Under the pieces are notes generated by a model, which did no database searches, had not been told where the DNA came from, and saw nothing but the letters and a program-made list of their open reading frames with translations. DNA of 64,000 bases from a virus (lineage: Duplodnaviria > Heunggongvirae > Uroviricota > Caudoviricetes), in the IMG/VR virus record IMGVR_UViG_3300024272_000009; one strand, given 5' to 3'. This document shows positions 1-10,092 of the stretch, piece after piece (within the stretch, counting starts at the first letter, position 1; the number at the start of each line of letters is the position of its first letter). Made by a program: the position numbers and the translations under genes.

Positions 1-143
1 ACAGACTCAATACAGTTTTCAAGTCTACTTGGGTATTTCGTGCCCCATTTATTTATGATACTTGCTCTCGGGCACATGTGCAAGTCAGTAAAAAGTAAAA
101 TTTTCATTCCACAATTTCCTTTACAAACTTTTTTACTATACTT

Positions 144-157
144 TATATTATACAATA
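144..157 (-). promoter_or_regulatory. sigmaA-type extended -10 promoter for a gene beyond the window's left edge
   Basis: TATTGTATAATATA on the minus strand (TG-TATAAT); variants recur in about 20 intergenic gaps. Confidence 0.7.
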
Positions 158-170
158 AAATATATAGAAA

Positions 171-192
171 AAGCGGCCGTTTAAAGCCGCTT
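171..192 (-). terminator. Rho-independent terminator
   Basis: Inverted repeat AAGCGGC/GCCGCTT with T-tract on the minus strand, just past the stop of 197..769. Confidence 0.75.
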
Positions 193-196
193 ATTT

Positions 197-769
197 TTAA
201 TTAATATACAAAGCTGCCATTTCAGCCATTCTAGTAAGAGTTACTAACGGATAATTTCTAAACACCGCGTGGATATCGGGCGCAAAATCAGAAATACGTG
301 AGTATACGATAGCTTCGACCTGCTCAGTAGTAAGAGGCACAAGGTCCTTAATTTGCATATATGAGCTGAAGCCAAGGTCTCCATAAACTGGGCGGTTGAA
401 GTCTTCTTTAGTCTTGTAAGCCGGTACTGTAGCCCACTGACCTGTAGTGTCATCCTTAACGTTTTTCATATAAGCCTCATACATAGTTGCTTTATAAATA
501 TCCTTGAATAAGGCTACCTTGATAATATCTTCCGCTGAATATCTACCTGGAAAATATGCATTACACAGTAGGCCAAGCTCATTAGCAAATCGTAAAGCGT
601 ACTCACAGAGCCCGCCTGGATAAGCACCAATATACTGGGTAGTTGCAGGCTTATTAAAGTAATCGATCTGATCGAGCAGTTTTGTGATTTCCGTTAAATC
701 GATATTAAGCTTAGAGAGCAACTCCATAAATTTAATTTCATTATTATTCTTTTGTTCAAGTGTAAGCAT
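197..769 (-). CDS. Degenerate HD-domain protein, paralog of 45846..46400
   Basis: Colinear with the intact HD protein (GAYPGGLCEY vs GSYEGGLVEH; VALFKD vs VALFHD) but the metal-binding His residues are replaced. Confidence 0.7.
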   Translation of the reverse strand: MLTLEQKNNNEIKFMELLSKLNIDLTEITKLLDQIDYFNKPATTQYIGAYPGGLCEYALRFANELGLLCNAYFPGRYSAEDIIKVALFKDIYKATMYEAYMKNVKDDTTGQWATVPAYKTKEDFNRPVYGDLGFSSYMQIKDLVPLTTEQVEAIVYSRISDFAPDIHAVFRNYPLVTLTRMAEMAALYIN

Positions 770-781
770 AAAATCCTCCGT

Positions 782-1588
782 TTAAAAATCTTTTAAAATA
801 GTTTCTACGAGTTCCTGCATCATGGTTTTAGTGCACTTTTGAGCACAGTTTCCTACAGCAAAACATTTTGGCACGAGAGTGGACTCAGCCGCATGAGAAG
901 TGATGAGATAGCCAAACTCATCACGTTTTATTAGTTTTTCAGTAATAAAATCGACATCAGGTGTAGCTGCTGTTTTTACAAAGATTGCAGAGCAGTTTAA
1001 TGTAGAATAATTATCTAACTCTACTTTTTGTAGCATATTTTCTTTAATTATTACCTTTATAACTGAAGTGTTTGGCAGTACCACAAGATTTTCTGTGCCT
1101 GCAAGTTTTTTAAGATTTGCCTCTGTAATATTATTGATAGTAATATCTTTCGTACATAGATACACCTGCTTATACTTTTTGGCTACGTCAATAGCAAACT
1201 TAACTTCAGAATTTTGATTACAGATTACTACAGCAGGCTGATTTTTTGAGACCTTCGGAATATCATCAACATTATTAAATACTTGTGGAATAACCCTAGT
1301 ACCTACAGTAAATGGCGCATAAGCAACACCGGAAGCTATAACCAAATGAGTGCTGTAAAGTCTTGACCCATCTTTCAGATAAACTCCGAATAATCTATTT
1401 TTGTAGTCAGTAAATACTACTTTACCTTTTATATACTCAACGTTAATATAGTCATGGGTAGTATAGCTTTTAAAAATATCACTAACAAATATAATTTTGA
1501 TAGTTGGCTTGCTTGAAGCAACTTTATCTAAAATTTCATGGCCTACTTTACTATCACCAATAATAATAACATCAACTTGACAGTTCAT
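782..1588 (-). CDS. Thioredoxin-reductase-like flavoprotein fold, degenerate
   Basis: VDVIIIGDSKVG, LVIASG and TLVPKCFAVGNC match the TrxR layout; CXXC and GxGxxA are absent. Confidence 0.7.
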   Translation of the reverse strand: MNCQVDVIIIGDSKVGHEILDKVASSKPTIKIIFVSDIFKSYTTHDYINVEYIKGKVVFTDYKNRLFGVYLKDGSRLYSTHLVIASGVAYAPFTVGTRVIPQVFNNVDDIPKVSKNQPAVVICNQNSEVKFAIDVAKKYKQVYLCTKDITINNITEANLKKLAGTENLVVLPNTSVIKVIIKENMLQKVELDNYSTLNCSAIFVKTAATPDVDFITEKLIKRDEFGYLITSHAAESTLVPKCFAVGNCAQKCTKTMMQELVETILKDF

Positions 1589-1628
1589 TAGATTCTCCTT
1601 ACTTTTCTATATATAATAATATACAGTA

Positions 1629-2588
1629 TTAACTGGCAGAATTTTGTAAACCCTGCTGTTTTAATTGGCTAATACAAAATTGTCTATCTATTGCAACAGA
1701 CTCAAGCCCTTGCCACGTCATTAGTGTATCTCGTACATTATCGCCAGATTTTTGCCAAGTACTAAAATAAGGACAAACTGCCTCTGGCTTGGTGTCTAGA
1801 ATACTTGGATTAGTTAGAGGATTATACTCGCACCAATGACAAAGGGCTGACACAGTTGGTCTAAAGTTTTCTTTCTGGATGCCGTTAAAGAGCTTATCTA
1901 AAACTTCTTTACCTTCTTCTACAATATTATCAGAAAGTGCAGGCTGAACGATATTACATAAAGGAAGGTCATATTCACACTTAATTTTATCAAAAGGTGT
2001 GTCCCAAAGCTGCTGTGCGGCCATCATATAAACAGCAAACTGCAAAGGCGCTTTAAGTTCACTGTTTTGTGCAGGTACACTCCAAGTTTTAATATCTTGA
2101 ATTAAAATTTCACCTGTCGCAGTATTTAAAAACGCTCGGTCAATTGAACCATTAAAAGAGTGCACACCATCATAGTCGTATTCAAACTTTTGCTCAATAC
2201 CGATAATTACTAAGTTCTGATTAGCCTTCATGAATTTTTCAAGTCGATAAATTGCTGAGTCTAAATAAAGATATACCTTTTCTCTGTAGGTTCTTCCAGA
2301 TTTGTCTGGCTTGCCAAAATCATTTGGATATTTTAAAGCCAGTTTTCTACTCTCAATAATAAAATTATTTTTAAGCGCAATATAATTTATTGGCAGTTCA
2401 TTTTGAAGCGCGAGTGCTATTTGCTCTTCTGTTTCATGAACAAGTGTACCAAACTCCGTAGCGATCGACGAACTATCAATAAAGTTCTTCTCTTTATATT
2501 TTACTAAGTACTTAAAAGCACACTGTTTATAAGTACTTATTTTTGAATAGGAAAACCTATCTAAAGCTTTCTGTTCTGTTTCTTCCAT
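1629..2588 (-). CDS. PD-(D/E)XK RecB/AddB/Cas4-like exonuclease
   Basis: SYSKISTYKQC, GTLVHE, GSIDRAF, DIKT, QFAVY and CHWC...CPYF (putative Fe-S Cys set). Confidence 0.85.
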   Translation of the reverse strand: MEETEQKALDRFSYSKISTYKQCAFKYLVKYKEKNFIDSSSIATEFGTLVHETEEQIALALQNELPINYIALKNNFIIESRKLALKYPNDFGKPDKSGRTYREKVYLYLDSAIYRLEKFMKANQNLVIIGIEQKFEYDYDGVHSFNGSIDRAFLNTATGEILIQDIKTWSVPAQNSELKAPLQFAVYMMAAQQLWDTPFDKIKCEYDLPLCNIVQPALSDNIVEEGKEVLDKLFNGIQKENFRPTVSALCHWCEYNPLTNPSILDTKPEAVCPYFSTWQKSGDNVRDTLMTWQGLESVAIDRQFCISQLKQQGLQNSAS

Positions 2589-2597
2589 AGGTCCTCC

Positions 2598-3515
2598 TTA
2601 GTTAGTTATTTTATAATACATATTATTGATGATATATGTCATCATGTCACGTTTATTAAGCTCAAGTTGTGACGTTTTGAGCATCAAATCAAAGTTAGTA
2701 AGAAACTTAAGCTTCTGCTTTGCTGCTGCTACGTTAAGGCTCTTATACTTATATTTGATAAACTTAAACTGCCCAGCAGATACTCCGCACTCCTCAGCTG
2801 TCAAGTTTGCATTTTGAGAAATCAAAACGATATTTTTCAAGCTGTTAAAGGCTCTATTTACTAAAACAACTGGCTCGTGAAGGTCACAGCCGTTATGCTT
2901 CATAAAATCGTTAAGAGTCAGCATATCGCCTTCAACTAAAGCATTGACAATATCAAATAAGTCAACTTTATACAAGTCTGTCTGCGGGTCAAATCTGATA
3001 GCAGCAAGTACCTCTTTTTGCTCGTTTTTACCAAACAAAGCTACTTTATCAAGCTCATTTAAAACTCTCTCAATACTGTTATCAGACGCCTGAACAAGCC
3101 ACATAAGCTCACTTTCTTCCACATGAGGACAAAGAGTTTTAGCATAATCGCAAATCTGCCAGTCAGTAAGCTTAGGAAACTTAATAACATAATTTTCTAC
3201 GTTTTTAGCAATATCTTTTGATACTTGCTCACATACTACGATAGTATTTTCAAACTGACTGTAATCTTCCGAGCGCTCGTCAAAAGTATCAGTATATAAA
3301 ACGTTAAGAGCACCTTCAGTATTAGTAAGAAGCATGATAGATGACTGCTGGGGCTCATAGATACTGTTTATTTTATTAATGCCGCTTATAGACAAATCTC
3401 CGAGAGCTTTTACATATTGAGAAGCCAGGAACGGGCAATCCTTACTAACAAAAATCATAAAGTCTGACGGTACAATTTTGTCAGTAATAAATTTTTTAAG
3501 ATCAATTAAAGTCAT
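2598..3515 (-). CDS. holA: DNA polymerase III delta-like clamp loader subunit
   Basis: Degenerate AAA+ fold with NELDKVALF and LFDIVNAL; third gene of the dnaX operon; start moved to MTLIDL (ATGA overlap with the upstream stop). Confidence 0.65.
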   Translation of the reverse strand: MTLIDLKKFITDKIVPSDFMIFVSKDCPFLASQYVKALGDLSISGINKINSIYEPQQSSIMLLTNTEGALNVLYTDTFDERSEDYSQFENTIVVCEQVSKDIAKNVENYVIKFPKLTDWQICDYAKTLCPHVEESELMWLVQASDNSIERVLNELDKVALFGKNEQKEVLAAIRFDPQTDLYKVDLFDIVNALVEGDMLTLNDFMKHNGCDLHEPVVLVNRAFNSLKNIVLISQNANLTAEECGVSAGQFKFIKYKYKSLNVAAAKQKLKFLTNFDLMLKTSQLELNKRDMMTYIINNMYYKITN

Positions 3516-4297
3516 TGTACGGCCTCCCAAAGTGTAGTAAGATAATTTATCATCAAAATTTCTTTAATAAGATTTTGCTGTGTGGCATACTGCTTAAACT
3601 GATTTGTTGTTTTAAATACTGTTAAGCTCTGCTCAGTTTTATTACTTATATAGTCCTCTAAGGCAAGATACTCAACTGCGTCAAAAAACAGGTCAAAGTC
3701 TATTTTATTATACAGATCTTTGTAATTGATTTTTGTAGAAACTACAAGAGCATTTGGATATGTTGCTCTATTAATGCTGTGCACTACCGTATTTGCTAAG
3801 CCCATAACATCGTTAAAGCTCTGCTCTGTTAAATTAAGAAGTTTGCCAGGCGTCTGAAAAATCTTAAAAGCAAGGTCATTAACAGAAGTATTGGTAATCT
3901 GCTCAATCTGCTCTTTTGTATAAGGCTCAAGATGATATTTGATACTTCTGTTGAGAATTGTATTAAGAATGCCTGCCTCAGAGTTCGCAATCAAAATAAT
4001 ATAAACAGACTTCGAAGGCTCTTCAATAAACTTCAAAAACTGATTCTGCTGCTTTTCAGTAAACTTATTTAAGTTAATAAGATAAAGAGTATCAATAGTT
4101 TTATGTATATAATCTTCAAGGTCCTGAGCAGATACAGACTCTTCGATTTCTACAAAGTCTAGGTTAAACTCTTCTGCTACGTACTTAGCGATTGTATGCT
4201 TGCCGCATCCTGCAGGCCCGAGAAACATTAAAGTTTTAGGCAGGTACTCCATTGCATTTATTTTAGAGAGTAGTTTAGTTTGTCCAATAATATTCAT
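3512..4297 (-). CDS. holB: DNA polymerase III delta'-like clamp loader subunit
   Basis: Walker A GPAGCGKHT; QQNQFLKFIEEP; ILNTILNRS. Confidence 0.8.
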   Translation of the reverse strand: MNIIGQTKLLSKINAMEYLPKTLMFLGPAGCGKHTIAKYVAEEFNLDFVEIEESVSAQDLEDYIHKTIDTLYLINLNKFTEKQQNQFLKFIEEPSKSVYIILIANSEAGILNTILNRSIKYHLEPYTKEQIEQITNTSVNDLAFKIFQTPGKLLNLTEQSFNDVMGLANTVVHSINRATYPNALVVSTKINYKDLYNKIDFDLFFDAVEYLALEDYISNKTEQSLTVFKTTNQFKQYATQQNLIKEILMINYLTTLWEAVQ

Positions 4298-4312
4298 AAT
4301 GGCCCTCCAAGC

Positions 4313-5347
4313 TTAAACTGATCTGCAAATCTGCAAGAAATATGCTTCTACAACCGCCTTTACCGAAGTATCATACTTAATAGCATTCTTAACTTCAAGA
4401 AGCTTATTAGCAAGATTATTAAACCAACCAAGTGAATTTTCAAAACTAGTAGTAGCTTTTACGCTAATCATAAGATCAGCAGAATTCTCAAGATACGCAG
4501 GAATATTTGTTGCGCCGATATTTTGGAACAAGATATATTTAGTAAGCTCAAGAGTAAAGCTAAGATACTCATTTACAAACTGCTTAAGGTCCTTACCTTC
4601 TTGGGCGAGCGTTTCAATAGCTACAAGAGTAAACTGCTCATTATGACCAATCAAACAATTAGTCAACTTAAGCATTCTTTCAAAAGGTGCCTCACCGAGA
4701 ACAGCCTTAGTATTTTCAAGACTGAGATCATTAGACAGGTCAGCACACTGGTCAAGCATTGTAAGTGCTTCTCTCATGCAGCCATCACAAAGTTTACTGA
4801 TAAGTTCACAGGTATCTTCATAGTTAATGAAGCCTTCCTGCTGGCAAACATAAAAGAGTCTATTTTTAATTTCCTGGGCGCCAATCTTAGCAATATTAAA
4901 ACGCTGCATTCTGTTCTGAATAGTCACAGGAATCTTATTAGGCTCCGTAGTGCAGAAAATAAAGATAGTATATTCAGGGCAATCTTCAAGTCCCTTCAAG
5001 AAAGCATTCCAACCAGCGGAAGTAATCATATGACACTCGTCAATAATATAAATCTTATAATTACCTACAAGGCTTCTCTGATTAGCCGACTCAACGATAG
5101 CCCTAACCTGGTCAACTCCGTTGTTAGATGCGCCGTCAATTTCTACAGGCTCACCAATGCCACCATTAATAGCATTTGCAAAGATACGAGCACAAGTGGT
5201 CTTACCGCAGCCGGAAGGGCCTGCAAAAAGATAAGCATTTTTAAAAGCCTGTTTTTCAAGTACTTTATTAAGAATTCTTGTAGTTACATTTTGTCCAGCA
5301 ACAGTTTCAAAAGTAGTAGGACGATATTTTACAGCTAAACTTTTCAT
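4313..5347 (-). CDS. dnaX: DNA polymerase III gamma/tau clamp loader ATPase
   Basis: LAVKYRPTTF, GPSGCGKTT, EIDGASNNGVD, IIDECHM, GCMREALTMLDQ. Confidence 0.95.
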   Translation of the reverse strand: MKSLAVKYRPTTFETVAGQNVTTRILNKVLEKQAFKNAYLFAGPSGCGKTTCARIFANAINGGIGEPVEIDGASNNGVDQVRAIVESANQRSLVGNYKIYIIDECHMITSAGWNAFLKGLEDCPEYTIFIFCTTEPNKIPVTIQNRMQRFNIAKIGAQEIKNRLFYVCQQEGFINYEDTCELISKLCDGCMREALTMLDQCADLSNDLSLENTKAVLGEAPFERMLKLTNCLIGHNEQFTLVAIETLAQEGKDLKQFVNEYLSFTLELTKYILFQNIGATNIPAYLENSADLMISVKATTSFENSLGWFNNLANKLLEVKNAIKYDTSVKAVVEAYFLQICRSV

Positions 5348-5381
5348 TGTATCATTTCCTCTTTTAGATATTTTTATATAC

Positions 5382-5423
5382 TATATTATACAATAAAAGG
5401 TGACCTATTTTAATAGGTCACCT
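5382..5423 (-). promoter_or_regulatory. Fused terminator/extended -10 promoter cassette upstream of dnaX
   Basis: 11-bp stem AGGTGACCTAT/ATAGGTCACCT whose T-tract runs into TTTTATTGTATAATAT. Confidence 0.75.
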
Positions 5424-5437
5424 AAACATATTATACA

Positions 5438-6199
5438 TTAGTTGCACAGATTAGTGTTTTCTATGATTGACTCATCTATAAGATAATCTAGCAATTCTTT
5501 CCAGCTTAAATTGTGATGATCGCCATGGTTAGCAGAGTTCAAGCCTAATTGTAAAGTATACTCTTTACCATCTTGGCGAAATGGTCCTATTATACGTACA
5601 CTTGTGCGGTAGCCAAAATCTACAGACGTTATAATTATATAAAGAAGCCTTGTTCCTAAATTTCTTACTTCGTATGTAGCGAGTTTATCGGCGTCTATTT
5701 GAGCAAGTAAGCTTTTAAATCGAGGCGTGTGGTCAAACCGGCCTAATGAATCTACACTAGGTTTATTAGAACTAGTAGAATTTACAGTAGTAGTTGTTTT
5801 ATTTCCATTAACGTAAACAAATTCATGTAAGGTATCTACTTCGTTAAAATTATTTTGTAGAGAATCTACACGACTACCGTCTACAAAGAAATCTGCGATA
5901 AAATCAGCATCTGCTCCAGTTACTTCTTTTCCTACCATAGACTCTAAACGACTTATTTCATCACCTGTAAGATCAAAGAGCTCCGCCACCTCTATATCAC
6001 AATCAAAGTTAGGCAATTGTGACATAGCTTTATTATAAATGTCTACTGCTTCTTTCTCACCGTCCGAGGTCAAGCCATGCACGTAATATTTATTTGGGAA
6101 GTCGCCTGTAAGTATGATATAACGATTTTCAGTTGACGAATTAGACGGAACTTCATCCCACATAGTTTCATAAAGTTTAAATTCTTCATGTAATTTCAT
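5438..6199 (-). CDS. Hypothetical protein with N-terminal leader MKLHEEFKLYETMW
   Basis: 253-aa ORF with SD; no family recognised. Confidence 0.7.
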   Translation of the reverse strand: MKLHEEFKLYETMWDEVPSNSSTENRYIILTGDFPNKYYVHGLTSDGEKEAVDIYNKAMSQLPNFDCDIEVAELFDLTGDEISRLESMVGKEVTGADADFIADFFVDGSRVDSLQNNFNEVDTLHEFVYVNGNKTTTTVNSTSSNKPSVDSLGRFDHTPRFKSLLAQIDADKLATYEVRNLGTRLLYIIITSVDFGYRTSVRIIGPFRQDGKEYTLQLGLNSANHGDHHNLSWKELLDYLIDESIIENTNLCN

Positions 6200-6231
6200 A
6201 ATAATGTATTCCTTTTCTAAATTAAAAAATT

Positions 6232-7335
6232 TTATTTATTATTTCTGGCAGAATATTGATCGGCCCACCAGTCAAAGTCTTTATCGGTTAGCTTAATCTT
6301 AGTTAAATAAAAACCTTGTTTTGGATAATAGTGCGAATATCTATTATCTGTTAAATACGGGACAACTTTACTTAAATCATTATTGTTTGTAAAGTCAAGC
6401 TCTAAGCTAGCAAGACTTTGCACAAAATTTTTATCTGGTGATTTATCAAGTCTTTCAAACGCATACTTACCTGATTCTGTTTTAGTTGTCTTAATAAAAT
6501 ACCATGGATATCTAGATAACTTTTGTGAAAAAGCGGTTTTAGTAGTATTTAATTTTGCACCAACTACTTTTGGTCCACGCATTGCAGCAGTGCTTCCCAT
6601 ATCCCTAATTGGGAAAGTTAAATCTGGACGGTACTTAACTCTGCCAAATCGTCCAAGTCCATTATTTATATCAGCTACTACTTTTGAACCACTAAGATCA
6701 GGAAACTGCTTAGCTACGGTAGAACATGACTCAAATGGGTGCTCGTCAATATATTGCTGGACTTGCTTAATTAAGTTATTTTGGTATTTAAAATATACTG
6801 GAGGATTCTCCCCACCTGGCGTTAAATTATAGTGTTCAACTTGCAGATAAGTTTTAAGCTTATTAATATAATATCGTTCTTTTTCAATAAACCAATTTTT
6901 AACCTTATTTTCATCACAGGAAGCTAAAATGTCTTCTGGCATGACTTCTAAAACCGTCCATTTAAAAGCACCAAGCCCATGATGTTTCATAGATAGATGT
7001 AAAAATACACTATCATTCTTTTGTCGGAGTCGTGTATGACAGTACAGTCTATTTGCTAAGTTTACAGCTTTACCGACATAGGCTTGATAAGTAATTTTAT
7101 TAACAATTAAATAGATTCCAGGAACTTCGTTATATACATTTGTTCTATAGTTAGTGTTAGTCTGTCCTTCAAATTCAAACCAAGGATGCCCATAGCCAGC
7201 TTCATTCCAATAAAAAGGTACTTTATAGTCAATATTATAATAATACTTTATTTTAGCTGACTTTGTGTTAGACTGCTGGACTGCTTCTGCTTCTAGTAGG
7301 TTACTTAAGGTATTATAAGCATTTAAAAAATTCAT
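6232..7335 (-). CDS. GIY-YIG endonuclease, homing-type
   Basis: GIYLIVNKITYQAYVGKAVNLANRL, E..YI, YNLTPGG; start moved to MNFLNAY because of the SD GGAG. Confidence 0.85.
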   Translation of the reverse strand: MNFLNAYNTLSNLLEAEAVQQSNTKSAKIKYYYNIDYKVPFYWNEAGYGHPWFEFEGQTNTNYRTNVYNEVPGIYLIVNKITYQAYVGKAVNLANRLYCHTRLRQKNDSVFLHLSMKHHGLGAFKWTVLEVMPEDILASCDENKVKNWFIEKERYYINKLKTYLQVEHYNLTPGGENPPVYFKYQNNLIKQVQQYIDEHPFESCSTVAKQFPDLSGSKVVADINNGLGRFGRVKYRPDLTFPIRDMGSTAAMRGPKVVGAKLNTTKTAFSQKLSRYPWYFIKTTKTESGKYAFERLDKSPDKNFVQSLASLELDFTNNNDLSKVVPYLTDNRYSHYYPKQGFYLTKIKLTDKDFDWWADQYSARNNK

Positions 7336-7367
7336 AAAATCTCCTAAGTTATTCTTAGTATCTAAAT

Positions 7368-7376
7368 AATTTAGCA
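7368..7376 (-). promoter_or_regulatory. Putative late promoter TGCTAAATT
   Basis: One of nine intergenic GCTAAATT copies; 33 nt before the start codon. Confidence 0.65.
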
Positions 7377-7431
7377 AAAAAAATAACGAAAAGTAAACTT
7401 TGTAAGCTCACTTTTCGTTAAAGTTTTTATG

Positions 7432-7797
7432 TTATAAAGCAGAAATCTGAGTTAACTGCGCGCTATCAAGCCAGCCCGACCACATCATACTAAGATCCTG
7501 TTTAGTATCAAAATCAAAACCAATACTATCTACATAAATCATAGTGCCGAGGGCTTTAGAAATATAGATTTTAAGATATTGAGTTTTAGGACAAGTTCCG
7601 TTATTCCAGTTAACAGCTAAAACAGAATCAGTGGCATTAACAATATTCAAAGGAAGCTTAACTAAATAACAATGATTAATCTCATATGTAGGCTTAGAGT
7701 ATTTTTTAATATAAAAAGTATTTGTACTTGGATCAAAGTTATTTAAGTCAGCAAACTGACATTTTTCAAGTTGTTCTTTTATAATCGGTCTAATCAT
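7432..7797 (-). CDS. Hypothetical protein
   Basis: Coupled ORF at the end of the recA operon. Confidence 0.75.
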   Translation of the reverse strand: MIRPIIKEQLEKCQFADLNNFDPSTNTFYIKKYSKPTYEINHCYLVKLPLNIVNATDSVLAVNWNNGTCPKTQYLKIYISKALGTMIYVDSIGFDFDTKQDLSMMWSGWLDSAQLTQISAL

Positions 7798-8021
7798 TCT
7801 TCCTCCGAGCTTTCAGCTTTTGGATTTAATACAATACCATTGCGCGCCACTGGAATCCAAAGATCTGGGTAGATATTATCAATAGCATTAATAAACTGAG
7901 CAAGATTTAACTCATAAATTGTTTTGCCGTTGCAAATAACAGGCTGCGCAAGGTTTGATGCAAGAGTCATAATAATTCTATAATCTTTAGCGTCCATATT
8001 ATATCGTTTCCTCCAGCTCAT
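7794..8021 (-). CDS. Hypothetical protein
   Basis: Short coupled ORF; start may be the internal MDAKDY. Confidence 0.6.
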   Translation of the reverse strand: MSWRKRYNMDAKDYRIIMTLASNLAQPVICNGKTIYELNLAQFINAIDNIYPDLWIPVARNGIVLNPKAESSEEE

Positions 8022-8391
8022 CTAATTTATCTTTTAAGAATTGAAATAGATACTCATCAATAATATAATGATTTTCTTCGTCGGGGCCAAAGTTAAAAAC
8101 TACCGCCTGATGCGGCGTACCTGTAAGCAGACATTCTTGACGATTTTTCTCAAACCATTCTTTCTTAATAGAAATAGACTCTGAGGCAGAAGTCTTTGTT
8201 TTACATTCAAGAAGAAAGCCATTTTTTCCTGAAACTACAACATCACCTTTATCAAAAGCTGTAGCACCTGAATTCTTCTGAACCTTTCCACCAACTGCCT
8301 GTGATACAGCGGTTTCCTGTTTCTTTGAGTAATGACGAGTAGGAAGAGGTTTGGCCCCTTCCTTAGCTCGTTTTGCAGTTCCAATAATCAT
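7999..8391 (-). CDS. Hjc-type PD-(D/E)XK Holliday junction resolvase
   Basis: QETAVS...SGAT..DKGDV...LLECKT. Confidence 0.75.
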   Translation of the reverse strand: MIIGTAKRAKEGAKPLPTRHYSKKQETAVSQAVGGKVQKNSGATAFDKGDVVVSGKNGFLLECKTKTSASESISIKKEWFEKNRQECLLTGTPHQAVVFNFGPDEENHYIIDEYLFQFLKDKLDELEETI

Positions 8392-9590
8392 TAGGCGTCC
8401 TCGAGAAGAATCTTTCTCTTAGCTTCATCTTCCTGAGGTCTCTCGATAGCATCTTCCTCGGCCTCAATAGCCTTGAGAGCTTCTTTATCAAGTACGGATT
8501 TATCGTTAGAAGCAGAAATAAATTCTTTAATCATCATAAGATACTTTTCTCTGAAAGTAGGATGAGTGTGAAGATACTCAATCAAATAAGCTTTCTTGCC
8601 CTGAAGAGTTTCACCGGTTTCGGAGTCGGTAATTACTTCGCCAGTAGAAAGATTTACGAGAGCATAAGTAACATTATTAATTCTCTTAATAAAGTCAAAC
8701 TGAAGAGCAACATCAATAAGGTCGTTTACTGTATCTGCTCCGGTCTCGTACTTATAGGTAATAAATCCACCACCACGGTTGCAAGCGCAAGTCTTATTCT
8801 TAGTGATCTTAAACTTAAGTCTGAATCCGTCTGCACCTTCACCGTCGTCACCCTTGATCTCGTCTCCGTCCTTCATAAATACTCTCTTACCAAAACGAAC
8901 CTTTACAGAAGCATAATAACGAGGTGCGTCTCCGCCGGGCTCCTTATAGATTGCAGCACCAGTAAAAGTAGTACCAGCCACACGAACCTGGTTAATCATA
9001 ATCATGATATTACCGTTACGAGCGAGCTTATCACACATAGTGGGGCAGAACTTATGAAGGCCCTTAGCCATATTGCCGCGCATACCCATGTCCTTTGTGA
9101 ACTCATTCTCCATAATAGACTGCGGAACGAGAGCGGGAATAGAGTCAAGAACAATAAGGCCAATATCATCTGTATCCTCAAGTTCAAGAATCATCTCAAG
9201 AATCTGCTCGCCTGACATGCCTTCAGGGCTGATGTAGTACAAACGCTCAAGGTCAATTCCATTCATGAGTGCCTGGAACTGAAGATCGAGAGAGTGTTCG
9301 ACGTCAATATAAACACAAATCTTATCAGGATTCTCACGCTGATATGCAGCAAGCTCTGCACAGGCTGCCGTAGTCTTACCAGAGTGCTCGAGGCCTGCAT
9401 AAACCATCATTCTACCATAGGGAAGTCCTCCGTAAAGAGGATAATCCATTCCCATCATACCTGACGAAAGTCTCTTATAAACCGGTACTACATCAGACTT
9501 AATAACAAGATTGTTGTTATTATACTCCTTATTAATTTTGCGGGCAAAATCCGCCATTGTAAATGACTTCTTTTCTGTATCTTTAGCCAT
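8391..9590 (-). CDS. recA: RecA/UvsX-family recombinase
   Basis: GGLPYGR, GLEHSGKTT, YIDVEHSLD, IVLDSIPAL, INQVR, PGG, KNK. Confidence 0.95.
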   Translation of the reverse strand: MAKDTEKKSFTMADFARKINKEYNNNNLVIKSDVVPVYKRLSSGMMGMDYPLYGGLPYGRMMVYAGLEHSGKTTAACAELAAYQRENPDKICVYIDVEHSLDLQFQALMNGIDLERLYYISPEGMSGEQILEMILELEDTDDIGLIVLDSIPALVPQSIMENEFTKDMGMRGNMAKGLHKFCPTMCDKLARNGNIMIMINQVRVAGTTFTGAAIYKEPGGDAPRYYASVKVRFGKRVFMKDGDEIKGDDGEGADGFRLKFKITKNKTCACNRGGGFITYKYETGADTVNDLIDVALQFDFIKRINNVTYALVNLSTGEVITDSETGETLQGKKAYLIEYLHTHPTFREKYLMMIKEFISASNDKSVLDKEALKAIEAEEDAIERPQEDEAKRKILLEDA

Positions 9591-9603
9591 ATTTTATCCT
9601 TTC

Positions 9604-10092
9604 TTAATCTGCCATACTTGTGGCACTAATCTTAGCTTCCTGCATACGGCTCATCAAAATGCTCTTGAGCGAATCAATAAGCCTGAGGCACATATCAACC
9701 TTAGTTTTAACCAAACTTGCTACGAGATCATAGAGACACTGAGCAACGATATTTTCTGAAATAGCAAGAGTAGTGTTAGAGTCCTTTACTCCAGCAGTTC
9801 CTTCCTGCAATACATACGAAGAAGCATAAGCCTCTTTCTTAATTGCTTCAGCACAAACTGCTTTAATACCAGATCTATCTCTAAGCTCACTCAAAGAATA
9901 AACTGCAAGCTGAAGTCTCAGGATAGAATCTCTAAGCATTTCAATAGACATAGACTCAATATTATATTGAATCATTTCTACAATTCTATTAGGCTCTTCA
10001 AAAGGCCCAGCTAGCATACTGTCAGCAATTTCTTTAATCTGACCGTAAGTAAGCTCAACTGCTTCGAGAGCTTTATTTAAATCTTTAGCCAT
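9604..10092 (-). CDS. Hypothetical helical protein, possibly a recombination mediator
   Basis: Sits between recU and recA; all-alpha pattern; function inferred from position only. Confidence 0.6.
   Translation of the reverse strand: MAKDLNKALEAVELTYGQIKEIADSMLAGPFEEPNRIVEMIQYNIESMSIEMLRDSILRLQLAVYSLSELRDRSGIKAVCAEAIKKEAYASSYVLQEGTAGVKDSNTTLAISENIVAQCLYDLVASLVKTKVDMCLRLIDSLKSILMSRMQEAKISATSMAD

Noticed and set aside
1629-2588. Cas4 as evidence of a CRISPR system
   Set aside because: Sits in the clamp-loader operon with no cas1/cas2 or array; better read as a recombination exonuclease.
7336-7377. ORF-track starts MLNY... for the GIY-YIG and lipase genes
   Set aside because: These upstream starts fall inside the TGCTAAATT promoter motif; the downstream ATGs have proper SD sequences.
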